A program made the position numbers and the translations under genes. Under the pieces are notes generated by a model. It saw only the letters and a list, made by a program, of their open reading frames with translations. It was not told the DNA's origin and did no database searches. This document shows positions 27,851 through 37,837 of a stretch of 64,000 nt of DNA, piece by piece. Source of the DNA: Nitrosopumilus sp. Lineage in GTDB: Archaea; Thermoproteota; Nitrososphaeria; Nitrososphaerales; Nitrosopumilaceae. The stretch lies in NCBI GenBank assembly GCA_965218695.1, contig OZ244651.1, positions 2,368,001 through 2,432,000 on the forward strand, written 5' to 3'. Numbering within the stretch: the stretch's first letter is position 1; each line of letters starts with the position of its first letter.

Positions 27851-29065
27851 CTCAGGCAGTAGCACGAACCCGCGCTGTTCCAGTGCCGCCGTTGATCCTG
27901 CAAAGACACACGCAGGCAACCCGGACGGCGATGCCATCAAGACGCGCCCGTCGTCGCCGCAGACGATCTCGTTTAACGGTACTCCGTCGCGCGCCTGCCG
28001 GAGGGGCGCGGGGATTGGATCTGCATTCGCTTCAAACCCTGCGGCAACGGCGCCGAACCCGGGAACCGCGTTGGCAAGCACCACATTCTCACCCACCGGG
28101 CCTCCCAGCGGCTCTTCAGACCCGTACCCGCCAAACGTGATGGAGACATCGACAGGGTCGTCAGGGTACAACGGTGTCGTCGCGTGCGTTTCCTTCCCGC
28201 CTGCGATGTGCCCGCCGTCTTCTTCCAAGACGATCCTGTCGTTTTGTGTCACCGTGATCGAATAGTTGGCAAACGGGTCGTCAAACGAGACACCGATTCC
28301 CATCCTCTTGCCCTCCTGCGGTTGGGTGGTCCATACGTCTACTGTGGTGCCGTCGCTAAGCACTCCGGTTGCAGACAGATGGTTTGTCGGCATGTCTTGG
28401 TAGAGTCTCGGGGAGCGGTCTATGGCGTTTATGCTTGCGGCGATGTAGGCAGCATCGTCTGTCTTGGTGTCTCGTAGTTCCATATCGATATCTATGGCCA
28501 GAAATATGCCCGAATCATGATCGTAATAGTAAGACTCTGACAAGTCAAGACTCATATCATCGGTAACGAAGATATCAGATCCCTCAAAATAATTCATCAT
28601 CTCGAGATCAGGGGTGACATGCACCCCGACAAACGTCATTTTTGTCACAAGCCGCCCTTCGAACTCGCTGCCCACCTCGAGGCCAGCAGGCATTACAAGG
28701 CTGCCGGGGCTAAACGCTCCAAGATCAACTGATTCGGGATTGCGGCTTATCTCACGCCCATCTGCCATTATGCTGACCTCAAGCGTGACTGCGCTGCCGG
28801 ATATGTCAGATACCGCGTATTTGATCCACTCAGTATTGGCAATGTCATATCCAATCAGGCCAAACGGAGACTGTCCAAGTATGTCTACCCCATCTCTTGC
28901 GATATCCCCTACTCTCCCGTCTCCGTCCGCATGGATCAACACTTGGTACTTTATCCAGTCTCCTACCATCAGGGGCGTTGAGGCGGATTCCGCAGCAGCC
29001 TCGAATCCTGCAATGGACAACGCAGATATCGCTACTGCCAGTGCCAACATCGCAACCGTTCTCAC
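27842..29065 (-). CDS. secreted protein with C-terminal PLxQ-C..PACV module
   Basis: Signal peptide; GTG start about 23 nt after CTTAAGTA; module PLRQARDGVPLNEIVC...PACVF. Confidence 0.75.
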   Translation of the reverse strand: MRTVAMLALAVAISALSIAGFEAAAESASTPLMVGDWIKYQVLIHADGDGRVGDIARDGVDILGQSPFGLIGYDIANTEWIKYAVSDISGSAVTLEVSIMADGREISRNPESVDLGAFSPGSLVMPAGLEVGSEFEGRLVTKMTFVGVHVTPDLEMMNYFEGSDIFVTDDMSLDLSESYYYDHDSGIFLAIDIDMELRDTKTDDAAYIAASINAIDRSPRLYQDMPTNHLSATGVLSDGTTVDVWTTQPQEGKRMGIGVSFDDPFANYSITVTQNDRIVLEEDGGHIAGGKETHATTPLYPDDPVDVSITFGGYGSEEPLGGPVGENVVLANAVPGFGAVAAGFEANADPIPAPLRQARDGVPLNEIVCGDDGRVLMASPSGLPACVFAGSTAALEQRGFVLLPEVE

Positions 29066-29129
29066 GGGGGTTGTTTGAATTGGACGATACTTAAGTTTCA
29101 GACAGAACGCATGCTGCATATCCCGCCGC

Positions 29130-30563
29130 CTACTTTGTCGGATCCGCGATCTTCCCCATGAAGAGTATCGCGCCGCTCTCGTTGTCCTGTATGAAGAACA
29201 GGAACGGGTGGTCTGCCACGAACGATGGGGGTGGGGGCGGTGCGGATGCTGTAGCTACGACTACCGTGGTGACTGCCGCAGCTTCGGTGCCCTCTTCGTT
29301 GACTTTCAGGTACCCGTCGTGCAGCACGGAGCTTACAAATGCCTTGGGGGAGATATCTGGCAGTGAGCCGACATCAAAAATCTCGGTGGCTCCAAGATCC
29401 TTCAGGGGCCCGTTGAGGGAATATTTGGTGCGTGTCTCGAACTTTGGAAACTCAACTTCGACGTTCGTGTGGCGTAACGCGCCTTCCCATTCCTCCAAAA
29501 GGCTGGCCGACAGGCGTTCCTCCAAGGCGTCGATTCCGTCGCGCTCGCGCGGCAGTGCCACCAGCATCGACAGCCGGTCGCCCTCGTACGGCATGCGGAG
29601 CACCTGTTCGCTGCCGACATTCGCATATTCGAATCCCCCGTATACGGACATCGTGTCTGCCGTTACGGTTCCGCTGCCCGTGTAAAAGTCACCAGGCCTG
29701 GTATCATCGGAGTCGAACTGCACCACCCACGTTCCCTTGAAGTATATCGCGTTTGTGAGGATCATTATGGTGTCAGGCCCCAGATCTTCCAGGATTTTTT
29801 TTATTTTTCCGTTTGTGTTGTCAGAGGCCCACTTGTTTATCTGTTCGACGTCGTTTACCGGCGACACGTCTGCACGGTAGACGTCGCGGATCGTCTCAAC
29901 GTACTCGCGGCTGGGTTCGCCGGAGACTAGCCACAGCGCGTTTGCCATGGACAGCTCCGCGTGCGGATCCTCGCGGTTCAGCGAGGACAGCGCGCGGGCG
30001 GTGTCTTCGTAGCGCGCCTGCAAGTCGGGATCGAAGCCAAACGCGTCATGCAGCTGCTCTGCTGCAGAAGGGCTGGTCGCCTCGTACAGCATGGACACTG
30101 CCATGTATATGCTGAGAGGGGAGAAGAACGCGTTGCTGCCATCGGGCAGCTGCCTGTACATGTCGATCGCAAATGCGTTGTTGGCAGAAGACACCTTGCT
30201 TGGTATTGCAGACGGCTCTCCGTCAAGTATCGTAACTGCAATTGAGGCGGCAGCGGCTCTTTCAGCCTGCGTCTCGGACGTGGGATCTTCGGGATGTCCT
30301 GCGGGTGCCGCACCAAGTGGTATAAATCCCCTGGCCTCCAAGTCCCCCACCGATGATGCAAAGACGCACGCAGGCGACCCGGACGGCGTTGCCATCAGCA
30401 CGCGACTGTCTGAGCACATGATTTCAGTGAATGGCACACCATCGCGCACCTGCTGGAGGGGCGGCTTTGCGTCGGCCTGCGCAAAAGCCACATCACCAAA
30501 CAGCAGAATCATTGCGACAATCAGGGAGCCAAACAGGACTGTCTTGAACGCTTTTGGTACCAT
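29130..30563 (-). CDS. secreted serpin with N-terminal PLQQ-C..PACV module
   Basis: NNAFAIDMY, FFSPLSI, NAIYFKGTW, EEGTEAAA, ADHPFLF and ILFMG motifs. Confidence 0.93.
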   Translation of the reverse strand: MVPKAFKTVLFGSLIVAMILLFGDVAFAQADAKPPLQQVRDGVPFTEIMCSDSRVLMATPSGSPACVFASSVGDLEARGFIPLGAAPAGHPEDPTSETQAERAAAASIAVTILDGEPSAIPSKVSSANNAFAIDMYRQLPDGSNAFFSPLSIYMAVSMLYEATSPSAAEQLHDAFGFDPDLQARYEDTARALSSLNREDPHAELSMANALWLVSGEPSREYVETIRDVYRADVSPVNDVEQINKWASDNTNGKIKKILEDLGPDTIMILTNAIYFKGTWVVQFDSDDTRPGDFYTGSGTVTADTMSVYGGFEYANVGSEQVLRMPYEGDRLSMLVALPRERDGIDALEERLSASLLEEWEGALRHTNVEVEFPKFETRTKYSLNGPLKDLGATEIFDVGSLPDISPKAFVSSVLHDGYLKVNEEGTEAAAVTTVVVATASAPPPPPSFVADHPFLFFIQDNESGAILFMGKIADPTK

Positions 30564-30708
30564 ACCAAATAGCAAGTCATTGGGGCTATAACGTTTGATG
30601 AAAGGCGTTTTTTACCAAAAATCCCATGCTCGTAAGGAATTTGTCAATGTGGCGCCCGTCACAGGACAATGGCCATGATCGCCATGTGAAACAAGCGCGA
30701 ATCAGTCA

Positions 30709-31863
30709 TCAGTCAAGTCCTCTCATGTATATGGCATACGCGTATTCGCCGGTCCACCCATCGACGATTATTCGTGGAATATTAGAATGGCCCGCAGCAT
30801 ATTCGTAGTCGCAATAACCTGGGCTCACAACATAGGCAGGGACTCCAAAGATTACTTTGATGCTTGCCCGTTTGGAGAGATCCGCGCCCCCAACATCGGC
30901 CAGCGTGTACTCGCAGTCGCCGCCTTCCTCTGCGGGACGATTCAGATCTGGATCCATGCCTGCATATTTACTGGCAGCTTCGTACGCCCCCGTCCGGCTC
31001 AGGGTAGGAACGACCAGTTCCGGATCGTTGGTCCACCCCCCAAAAATGATCATCAGCTGGACGTATCCGGAGACGTCAAAGTCAGGAATCTGGGCTGCCA
31101 GTGTTGCTGCGGATCCCGGGACATGTTTGGTCAATACCATCGGAACATTCTCTGCATGATAGTCGGCAAAAAGGAACCGTACGTAACTATGCTCTTCAAG
31201 GATAGTGTAGGAACGAGCGTCGTAGTAAGAAAGTCTAAAGTCGGATTGCTCAAAGGCCTCCCTGTCGTATTCAAAACCCATCTCATCCATGAAATGCTTG
31301 ACGAACTCCTTTTCGGCCGCGTAATCGTCGCGTCCTATGTCGGTCCTCAGCGTGTAGTCTGCCTCGTTGTCAAGATAGAGTTGGGATGTAATGGTGTGAT
31401 CCCGCAGGCGGATCTTGCCTTGCTCCGTCTCGAACACAGTCCCGAAGCCGTTGACTGTGTCCTTGTTCAGCACGGCGTCTCCGGTGGCCTCTGCCAGGCG
31501 CGACGCGAACCCGTCCGTGTCTATGATAGGCACCCAGTAGCCTGAGGGATTCTGGATCGTCTCCAGGCTCCAGTGCGGGGAGCCGGGGTCAAGCGCCATC
31601 CAAGTGGCATGCTTGTCCACCACGCGCGCAAACCCCCTGTCTTGCAGGATTTCCACGGATGCAGGAAACACGCACGCAGGCGATCCTGATGGTGATGCCA
31701 TCAGCACGCGGCCATCAGAGCACATGATCTCGTTTAACGGCACCCCGTCGCGCGCCTGCTGGAGGGGGGACGGCTTTGCGTCAGCCTGCGCAAAATCCAC
31801 GTTACCAAACAGGAAAATTACTGCGGCAGCCAGGGAACCAAACAGGACTGTCTTTGATGCCAT
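30709..31863 (-). CDS. secreted hypothetical protein with N-terminal PLQQ-C..PACV module
   Basis: Signal peptide and module closely match those of the adjacent serpin; the C-terminal domain is unrelated. Confidence 0.8.
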   Translation of the reverse strand: MASKTVLFGSLAAAVIFLFGNVDFAQADAKPSPLQQARDGVPLNEIMCSDGRVLMASPSGSPACVFPASVEILQDRGFARVVDKHATWMALDPGSPHWSLETIQNPSGYWVPIIDTDGFASRLAEATGDAVLNKDTVNGFGTVFETEQGKIRLRDHTITSQLYLDNEADYTLRTDIGRDDYAAEKEFVKHFMDEMGFEYDREAFEQSDFRLSYYDARSYTILEEHSYVRFLFADYHAENVPMVLTKHVPGSAATLAAQIPDFDVSGYVQLMIIFGGWTNDPELVVPTLSRTGAYEAASKYAGMDPDLNRPAEEGGDCEYTLADVGGADLSKRASIKVIFGVPAYVVSPGYCDYEYAAGHSNIPRIIVDGWTGEYAYAIYMRGLD

Positions 31864-32013
31864 TACCAAATAGCAGGGAATTGAGACTATAACGTTTGAT
31901 GAAAGGCGTTTTTTAGCAAAAATCCCATGTCGGTTTGCCGCAGTTCCACGTTCGGGGCTGCTGCGCGGACGCTGCAAAATTCAGTTCATGGGACCGCCCA
32001 TTCGTTGGAATGA

Positions 32014-33702
32014 TTAGCTCGCCCTGCCCTTTGATATTCTGGCATTGTCCGGATCCAGATCCTCCCAGACCACGTCATAGCCCATCTTGGACAGCAGGCC
32101 AGCATGACAAGTGTCCGGAATCTTCTGTGATGCCAGTATCTTGCAGGCATCAACAAACCTGGAAACCCCGCCAAGGCTGTCGTCTGTGGCCTTGATCCTC
32201 TCCTTTGAGATCAGGTACGAGCCGACTGCAACATAATCCCCGGGGTAATCGGCAAGAAGGATCTTCAATGCCGCAGCCTCCGGAAGGGAGTTCTCAAGGG
32301 CAACCTGTTTTATGGAGATTAAATCCGGACGGTCCTCGTCAAGTCTTATTCTGGTGTGGATCTTTTCCTCGACGATCTCGGCATCAATCTTTTTCAGGTG
32401 TTCCAAGACGGGCTTGATTGAGACATCTTTTTGAAAGGTAAAGATCCTCTCCTTGGAGATTGCCTCTATCCTAGAGCATGCAAGTTCAGAATTTATTGCC
32501 ACCAGCAGATCAATCCCCTTGTCGTTTTTGCCGCCGCCGCCGCCGTCAAGCAGTGCCTGAAGTTTGTCGGCCTTTCTCTCAAGGTACTCCCTTGTCCAAA
32601 ACCCCACAATTTCAAAGTACACCTTTCTTCCAAACCGCTCAAAAAGAAAGTCCGGAATCATGGCCTTGCCGTCTGCAACTAGCGGGTCAGGCTCCCGGGA
32701 GATTCTCCATCCGAACTTGTCGCTTTGATCAAAGTGCTGATAGAATTTTTTTGCAAATGCCGCCTCTGCAGAGCTGTCATAGGAACCGTCGCCGTCGTTT
32801 CCAGCATTGCCGCTGTCCTGGTGTATGGAATCTATTGTTGGGCGAAAAAATTCACCGGTGTCCTGATTTGACAGTTCAAACGAGTAGATCTTTTGTCCGT
32901 CGTCTGTTTTTTTGACTATGGAGCCTGTGATCTTCCAGGCCGGCGTGCGTACAATTGATGGCAGCAGTTTGGCCATGGACGTGCCATACCTGTCAGTCAT
33001 CCTGAAGAGGCTGAGCGGTCCTTCCAGAACACATCTGATGGAGTCATCCCAATCGGGGTCGTTGCCTGAATGGTACTCCAGTGTATACATCAGCCCGTAT
33101 CTTTTGACGTTGCGCAGAACCTGCTTCCAGTATACCCCGCCATTTACATGAAATTCCAGTCTGGCACACCTGAAGAGAAGCGTCTGAAACAGGGACAGGT
33201 TGTACCACAAAATCAGGTCTTTTGTGCTGATGACATCAAACCGGGTCAGTATCAGGTTCTCGTCCTTGTCGCTCCACATCATGGCCTCGATATCGTCTGA
33301 TGAGATATGCATCCGTGCTGCAGTCTGCCGTATGATGTCCTGTCTTTGCAGACCGGACAGGGCCAGTCCCCGTCTTGCAGATTCCTCAAAGAGTTTTTGT
33401 CTAATAAGCATGGGCGTTGCAACAGCAGATGATGATGACGTGTTTAATCTCCCAAAAATACAGCGCCGTTCCAACAACGCAGACAGTCCCCTCACCAGCT
33501 TGTAGTCGTGTTCGGATTCAAGCGATCCTATCTTTTGCAGTAGGTCGCCTTTGCGCTGTCTGTCTTTTTGTGAATTCGTGAAAAGTTCGACAAGCCTGCA
33601 GGCAAGATCGTAATCGGTGCTGTTGCCAGATGTTGAAGTGCAAAACAGTGGCCTTATCCTGCCCCGGCTGATCTTGGTGCGCAAAAGTTCAGACGGGAGC
33701 AT
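32014..33702 (-). CDS. DUF790 / Bax1-like nuclease
   Basis: YNLSLFQTLL, GPLSLF...RYG and IPDF...FEIVGFWTREYLERK motifs. Confidence 0.9.
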   Translation of the reverse strand: MLPSELLRTKISRGRIRPLFCTSTSGNSTDYDLACRLVELFTNSQKDRQRKGDLLQKIGSLESEHDYKLVRGLSALLERRCIFGRLNTSSSSAVATPMLIRQKLFEESARRGLALSGLQRQDIIRQTAARMHISSDDIEAMMWSDKDENLILTRFDVISTKDLILWYNLSLFQTLLFRCARLEFHVNGGVYWKQVLRNVKRYGLMYTLEYHSGNDPDWDDSIRCVLEGPLSLFRMTDRYGTSMAKLLPSIVRTPAWKITGSIVKKTDDGQKIYSFELSNQDTGEFFRPTIDSIHQDSGNAGNDGDGSYDSSAEAAFAKKFYQHFDQSDKFGWRISREPDPLVADGKAMIPDFLFERFGRKVYFEIVGFWTREYLERKADKLQALLDGGGGGKNDKGIDLLVAINSELACSRIEAISKERIFTFQKDVSIKPVLEHLKKIDAEIVEEKIHTRIRLDEDRPDLISIKQVALENSLPEAAALKILLADYPGDYVAVGSYLISKERIKATDDSLGGVSRFVDACKILASQKIPDTCHAGLLSKMGYDVVWEDLDPDNARISKGRAS

Positions 33703-35300
33703 CAGGCATGGCCTCCGCTGTTCTTGCCGTCCTGTTGGGCGTCATGCCGGTTCCCCTGTGTTGCCAAACCATAGTCTTCCCGGGACGCCGAATCTTTTTT
33801 CAGTGCGGTTATTCTTTTTGCACTGGTACTTGTCTCCCGCGTATGTCTTGATACCAGTTCAATCAGCCTTGCCTGTCTGCCATCCCGTTTTGGCCTTAGG
33901 ATCCTGCCCAGCCTCTGTATCATCTCCCTGCCGCTGCCTGTGCCGCTCATGATTATGCCCAATTCTGCATCAGGAACGTCCACTCCCTCGTCCAGAACCC
34001 TTGATGTGACCACCGCGGTATACCTGCCGGATTTGAATCCCTCCAAGACATCCCGCCTTTCGTCCCTTGCCGTCTTGTGTGTGATGTGCGGTATTAGGAA
34101 CCTGTCTGACAGACGGTAGACCATCTTGTTGTTTTGTGTAAAGATTATCGTCTTTGCGCCGCCGTACTGCTGCAGTATCTTTTGCAGCTCGTCTATCTTT
34201 GCCTGGCTGTTTAGTGCAATCTCGTTTGCCCTGTTTCTTGCAAGCATCGCCTCCCTTGCGATCCTGCTTCTGTTTGACATCATGATTAGCCGCTTGAGAT
34301 TATACATTGTGGGTGTCTTGAATCCCAACCGTCTGAGGTTTGCCAGGAACCTGTTGTGGCTGGCCTCGTACTCTTTTTGCTCGTCCGGGGTCAGGCTGAC
34401 TTGGATTCGGTCTATGGTGTACCCTGCCAGATGCTTTTGTCTTGAGAGCTCCTGGGAACCAAGGCGGAACACGACGCCTCCCGTGAGGTACGGGATCAGC
34501 TCGTGCAGTTCGTCCTCCCTTTCTATTGTCGCAGTCAGGCCCAGCCGGCATGGCGCAATGAGCTGCTCTGCAATGGAACGGTATCCCGGGGCGGGAAGAT
34601 GGTGCACCTCGTCAAATATTACCAGCTTGAATTGGTTTCCAATTGTTGATGCCCGGATGTATGCAGAGTCGTATGTCGCTATGGTGATTGCCTGAAGGTC
34701 GTCTTCTCCTCCTCCCAGCCTGCCTACGTGGATCCGTTGCGGGTTGTGGTCGTCATCACCATCATCAGTCAAGAGGTATCTGGAGACGTTCTCTGCCCAC
34801 TGTTCCATCAGGTCAATCGTCGGGACCACCACCAGTGCAGACGCGTTTACCCTCTGAATTGCCTTGATTCCCAAGGCGGTCTTTCCCGCACCCGTGGGCA
34901 GAATGACGCATCCCCTCATGGACGCATTCTCCCAGTTTTGCATGGCCTGCTGTTGGTAGTCCCGCAGCTCCAAGCCCTTGATTTGGAATACTGGTGACGG
35001 GATGAAATCAGGTACGTTGTCGACAAAATTCAAATCACTATTCTTTAGATACTCGACAATTTCTGAATAGTTCAGGCCATGGGATCTCAGGGATTTGGTG
35101 CGTTCGTCATATTTTGTATCAGGAATTCTGACCAGTCTGCTGTTCTCAATGAGAATGGTACCCTTGTCAAAGAACAGTTTTGGGTTTGGTGATGTGCTAG
35201 AGGACAAATCTGATTCCTTGTTGCCAGCGGCACTATAATCATTTTTTGTTTGCTCAGGAGATTGAAATGGATACAGAATTGAGCACCATATAACATCCAA
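33702..35300 (-). CDS. xpb: XPB/Rad25-like SF2 helicase
   Basis: LPTGAGKT, DEVHH, LGLTAT, EGVDVP and IQRLGRILR motifs; coupled to the DUF790 gene; start uncertain. Confidence 0.9.
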   Translation of the reverse strand: MDVIWCSILYPFQSPEQTKNDYSAAGNKESDLSSSTSPNPKLFFDKGTILIENSRLVRIPDTKYDERTKSLRSHGLNYSEIVEYLKNSDLNFVDNVPDFIPSPVFQIKGLELRDYQQQAMQNWENASMRGCVILPTGAGKTALGIKAIQRVNASALVVVPTIDLMEQWAENVSRYLLTDDGDDDHNPQRIHVGRLGGGEDDLQAITIATYDSAYIRASTIGNQFKLVIFDEVHHLPAPGYRSIAEQLIAPCRLGLTATIEREDELHELIPYLTGGVVFRLGSQELSRQKHLAGYTIDRIQVSLTPDEQKEYEASHNRFLANLRRLGFKTPTMYNLKRLIMMSNRSRIAREAMLARNRANEIALNSQAKIDELQKILQQYGGAKTIIFTQNNKMVYRLSDRFLIPHITHKTARDERRDVLEGFKSGRYTAVVTSRVLDEGVDVPDAELGIIMSGTGSGREMIQRLGRILRPKRDGRQARLIELVSRHTRETSTSAKRITALKKDSASREDYGLATQGNRHDAQQDGKNSGGHA

Positions 35301-35355
35301 AATTTGTATCGATATTGAATTGTCTGATTGTATGTGATGTAACCAAGATATCTGC

Positions 35356-37719
35356 TATAGTGAAAAGTGAAAGTTCGTTCCAAGTTCAGCACCTCAGACC
35401 GAAAACTATGTAGATCAGCCGGTCGCCTAACGCGGCATGATCAAAGTAACACGGGAAGAACTCGAAGTAGCATACAAAAAAGAAAAGGACCTCAGGGTGG
35501 GAGCCAGAATGCTTGCAGTACACATGGTACATTTTCGTAAAATGAGCATAGATGATGCGGCCGTCAATCTTCTGCGATGTCCCAGGTGGGTACGCAACTG
35601 GCTGGAACGCTTCGAGAATGGAGGCCTACAAGGCCTCCGGGATCTTCCCAGATCCGGCAGGCCGCCCAAGATTTCGCCGGAAGCGATGGACGGCATACTG
35701 GACAAGGTAGTGGACCGGTTCAAGACCACTCCTGCCGAACTGCAGCAGGTCATACACAGGGAAACGGGAACAAAGATGCACAGAACGAATATCAGGAAAA
35801 TCATGCAAAAATACGGCCTGTCTCCCAAGGGGTCGCAAAGGATCCACATCAACAGGGCCACCAAAACGGCCGTAAAAAGCTGGCAATATCGCCTCAAAAA
35901 GAGAATTTCACGCCTAGAAAAGGACGATTTTGTCCCAGTCGTGGAAGACGAGGCGTTCTTCATACACGACGTAAAATCGGGTCGCAAGTATTGGTCGCCT
36001 GTGGGGGTGCCAATAACCGTGCCATATACGGGAAGCCACAAAAGAATTACCGCGTACGGTTCAATTACAATGGATGGCAGGCAGTTCTTCAGGACTGCCA
36101 GCGGGTTTAACGCGCCCACATTTGTTGCTTATCTCAAGGCCATGCAGAAGCATTTTGGGAAGGTTGCCGTCCTGGTGGACAGGGCGTCCCCGCACCGCGC
36201 AAAAGCCGTCCGGACGCTGCTGCGCGAGAACAAGAACATCAGGATCATATACCTGCCAAAAGGCTCACCGTATCTCAACGCCGTGGAAGAATGCTGGCAC
36301 CAGGGAAAACGGAACCTGCTTGTTTCAGAATACTATACCAGCAATGAAAAATTCATATCAAAATCGCTCATAAATTTTTGATGCGACATCCGTCTCTGGA
36401 AATTACGAGGTGCGTTGAATTCCCAAATGACGAGAAAAGACGCCCCGAACATTAGACATTGCATGCTCTGGTGCGCCGTGCATGGCACACGCTAGGCGGC
36501 GTGGATCCGGTGCGGTTTGATGTCGTTTTAGATGGCCCTGTACAGAAAATTCTCGACTACCAGATTCGGTTTTTTGTACCTCGTGTACCGGGTGATCGCC
36601 TCGCGGAGCATGCTCAGGCTGGTGTACGGCACGTCAAGCACTGCCCGTTTGAGATCCCTCCAGTACGTCTCTATGGCGCTCAGGTCCGGGGTCGCAGTTG
36701 GCAGGAAGATTATCTCCAGGCCGTCTGTGCCATCAAGCAGTTTGCGTATGTTTGATGCCCTGTGCTGGGAGGCCTTGTCCATGATCAGGCAGATCTTCTT
36801 GAACCTGTACATCGCCTGCCTTAGAAAGTCCTCAAAGGTGTCCTTGGTAAACGCATCGTACTGCCGGAACATGCCCCTGCCGTCCGTGGTGATTAGTCCA
36901 TGGATTATCGTCTTGGAGTGTGAGCCGGTGTACGTGAAAAACGCCCGTATTCCCTTCCTGGTGTAGCCGCGTCTTCGCGGCCGCGCATCGGAGATTACTA
37001 TGGACTCGTCCTGTATCGCTACGACTGTTCCTTCACTGTTCTTTTTTTATAATCTCTGGCATCTCTTTTTGGAATTTCCTGATCTCCTCGTCAGGTGCCC
37101 TTCTTGCATGTTTTCCTACGGGAACCTTTTGGGAATAGCCCCACCCGCGCAGTATCTGGCGCACATATCCGAGTTCGTACTTTACTCCGGTCTTCTGTTG
37201 GATGTATTGCTGCATCTCCCTGCCCGTCCAGACCGGTTTACTGCATGCGGCCTTTCTGATCTTCTTCATGTCTGCCTTGCTCGCCTTGGTCGGCCTGCCG
37301 GAGCGCGGCATGTTTCCCAGCCTGTCAAATCCGACTTCCAGGTAGCGCTCATGCCACTTGTAGCCCCACGAGGCTGACTTTCCCAGGGATTTTGCAGAAT
37401 CCCTCATGGTTATTCCATCACGTTTGACTCTGATGATCAGCATCATGCGGTCCTTGGTATCGCAGTCTGTCTCAGCGGCGTATCTTTTCAACATCGTCTT
37501 GATCTTCATTGACTGTGGGACGTGAAATTGGTATAACTCTAGATGCGGTAAAATATGTGACAATCGCATCAACTTTTCACTTTTGGTATACAAAACCTTC
37601 TTGGACATGCACAGTGCCGTCTCCCAGTACTATCGAACTGCGAGATTCAATCTGGATTTGATCAAATTCTTTAACAGAAAAGCCGAATTATTTTGCAAGA
37701 ACTTTTGATCGCCACTATA
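35356..37719 (+). mobile_element. IS630 type 1, interrupted by IS630 type 2
   Basis: Ends TATAGTGAAAAG / GATCGCCACTATA; transposase 35437-36333 resumes at 37591 (EYY-KTF). Confidence 0.88.
36334..37590 (-). mobile_element. IS630 type 2 (two-ORF), copy a
   Basis: Ends TATACCAGCAATGAAAA / TTTTCACTTTTGGTATA at a TA site; HTH ORF ends at 37033, DDE frame ends at 36528. Confidence 0.88.
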
Positions 37720-37837
37720 GGCAGGAAGCATGCACCAATATCGGTAGCACTTGCAAAGAACGGGTTTAAAAATATGGACGGCGTGATTTTGTGGTTTCTG
37801 CCTCGACACATCACTGCCAGAGAGGTCTGGTAAGATC

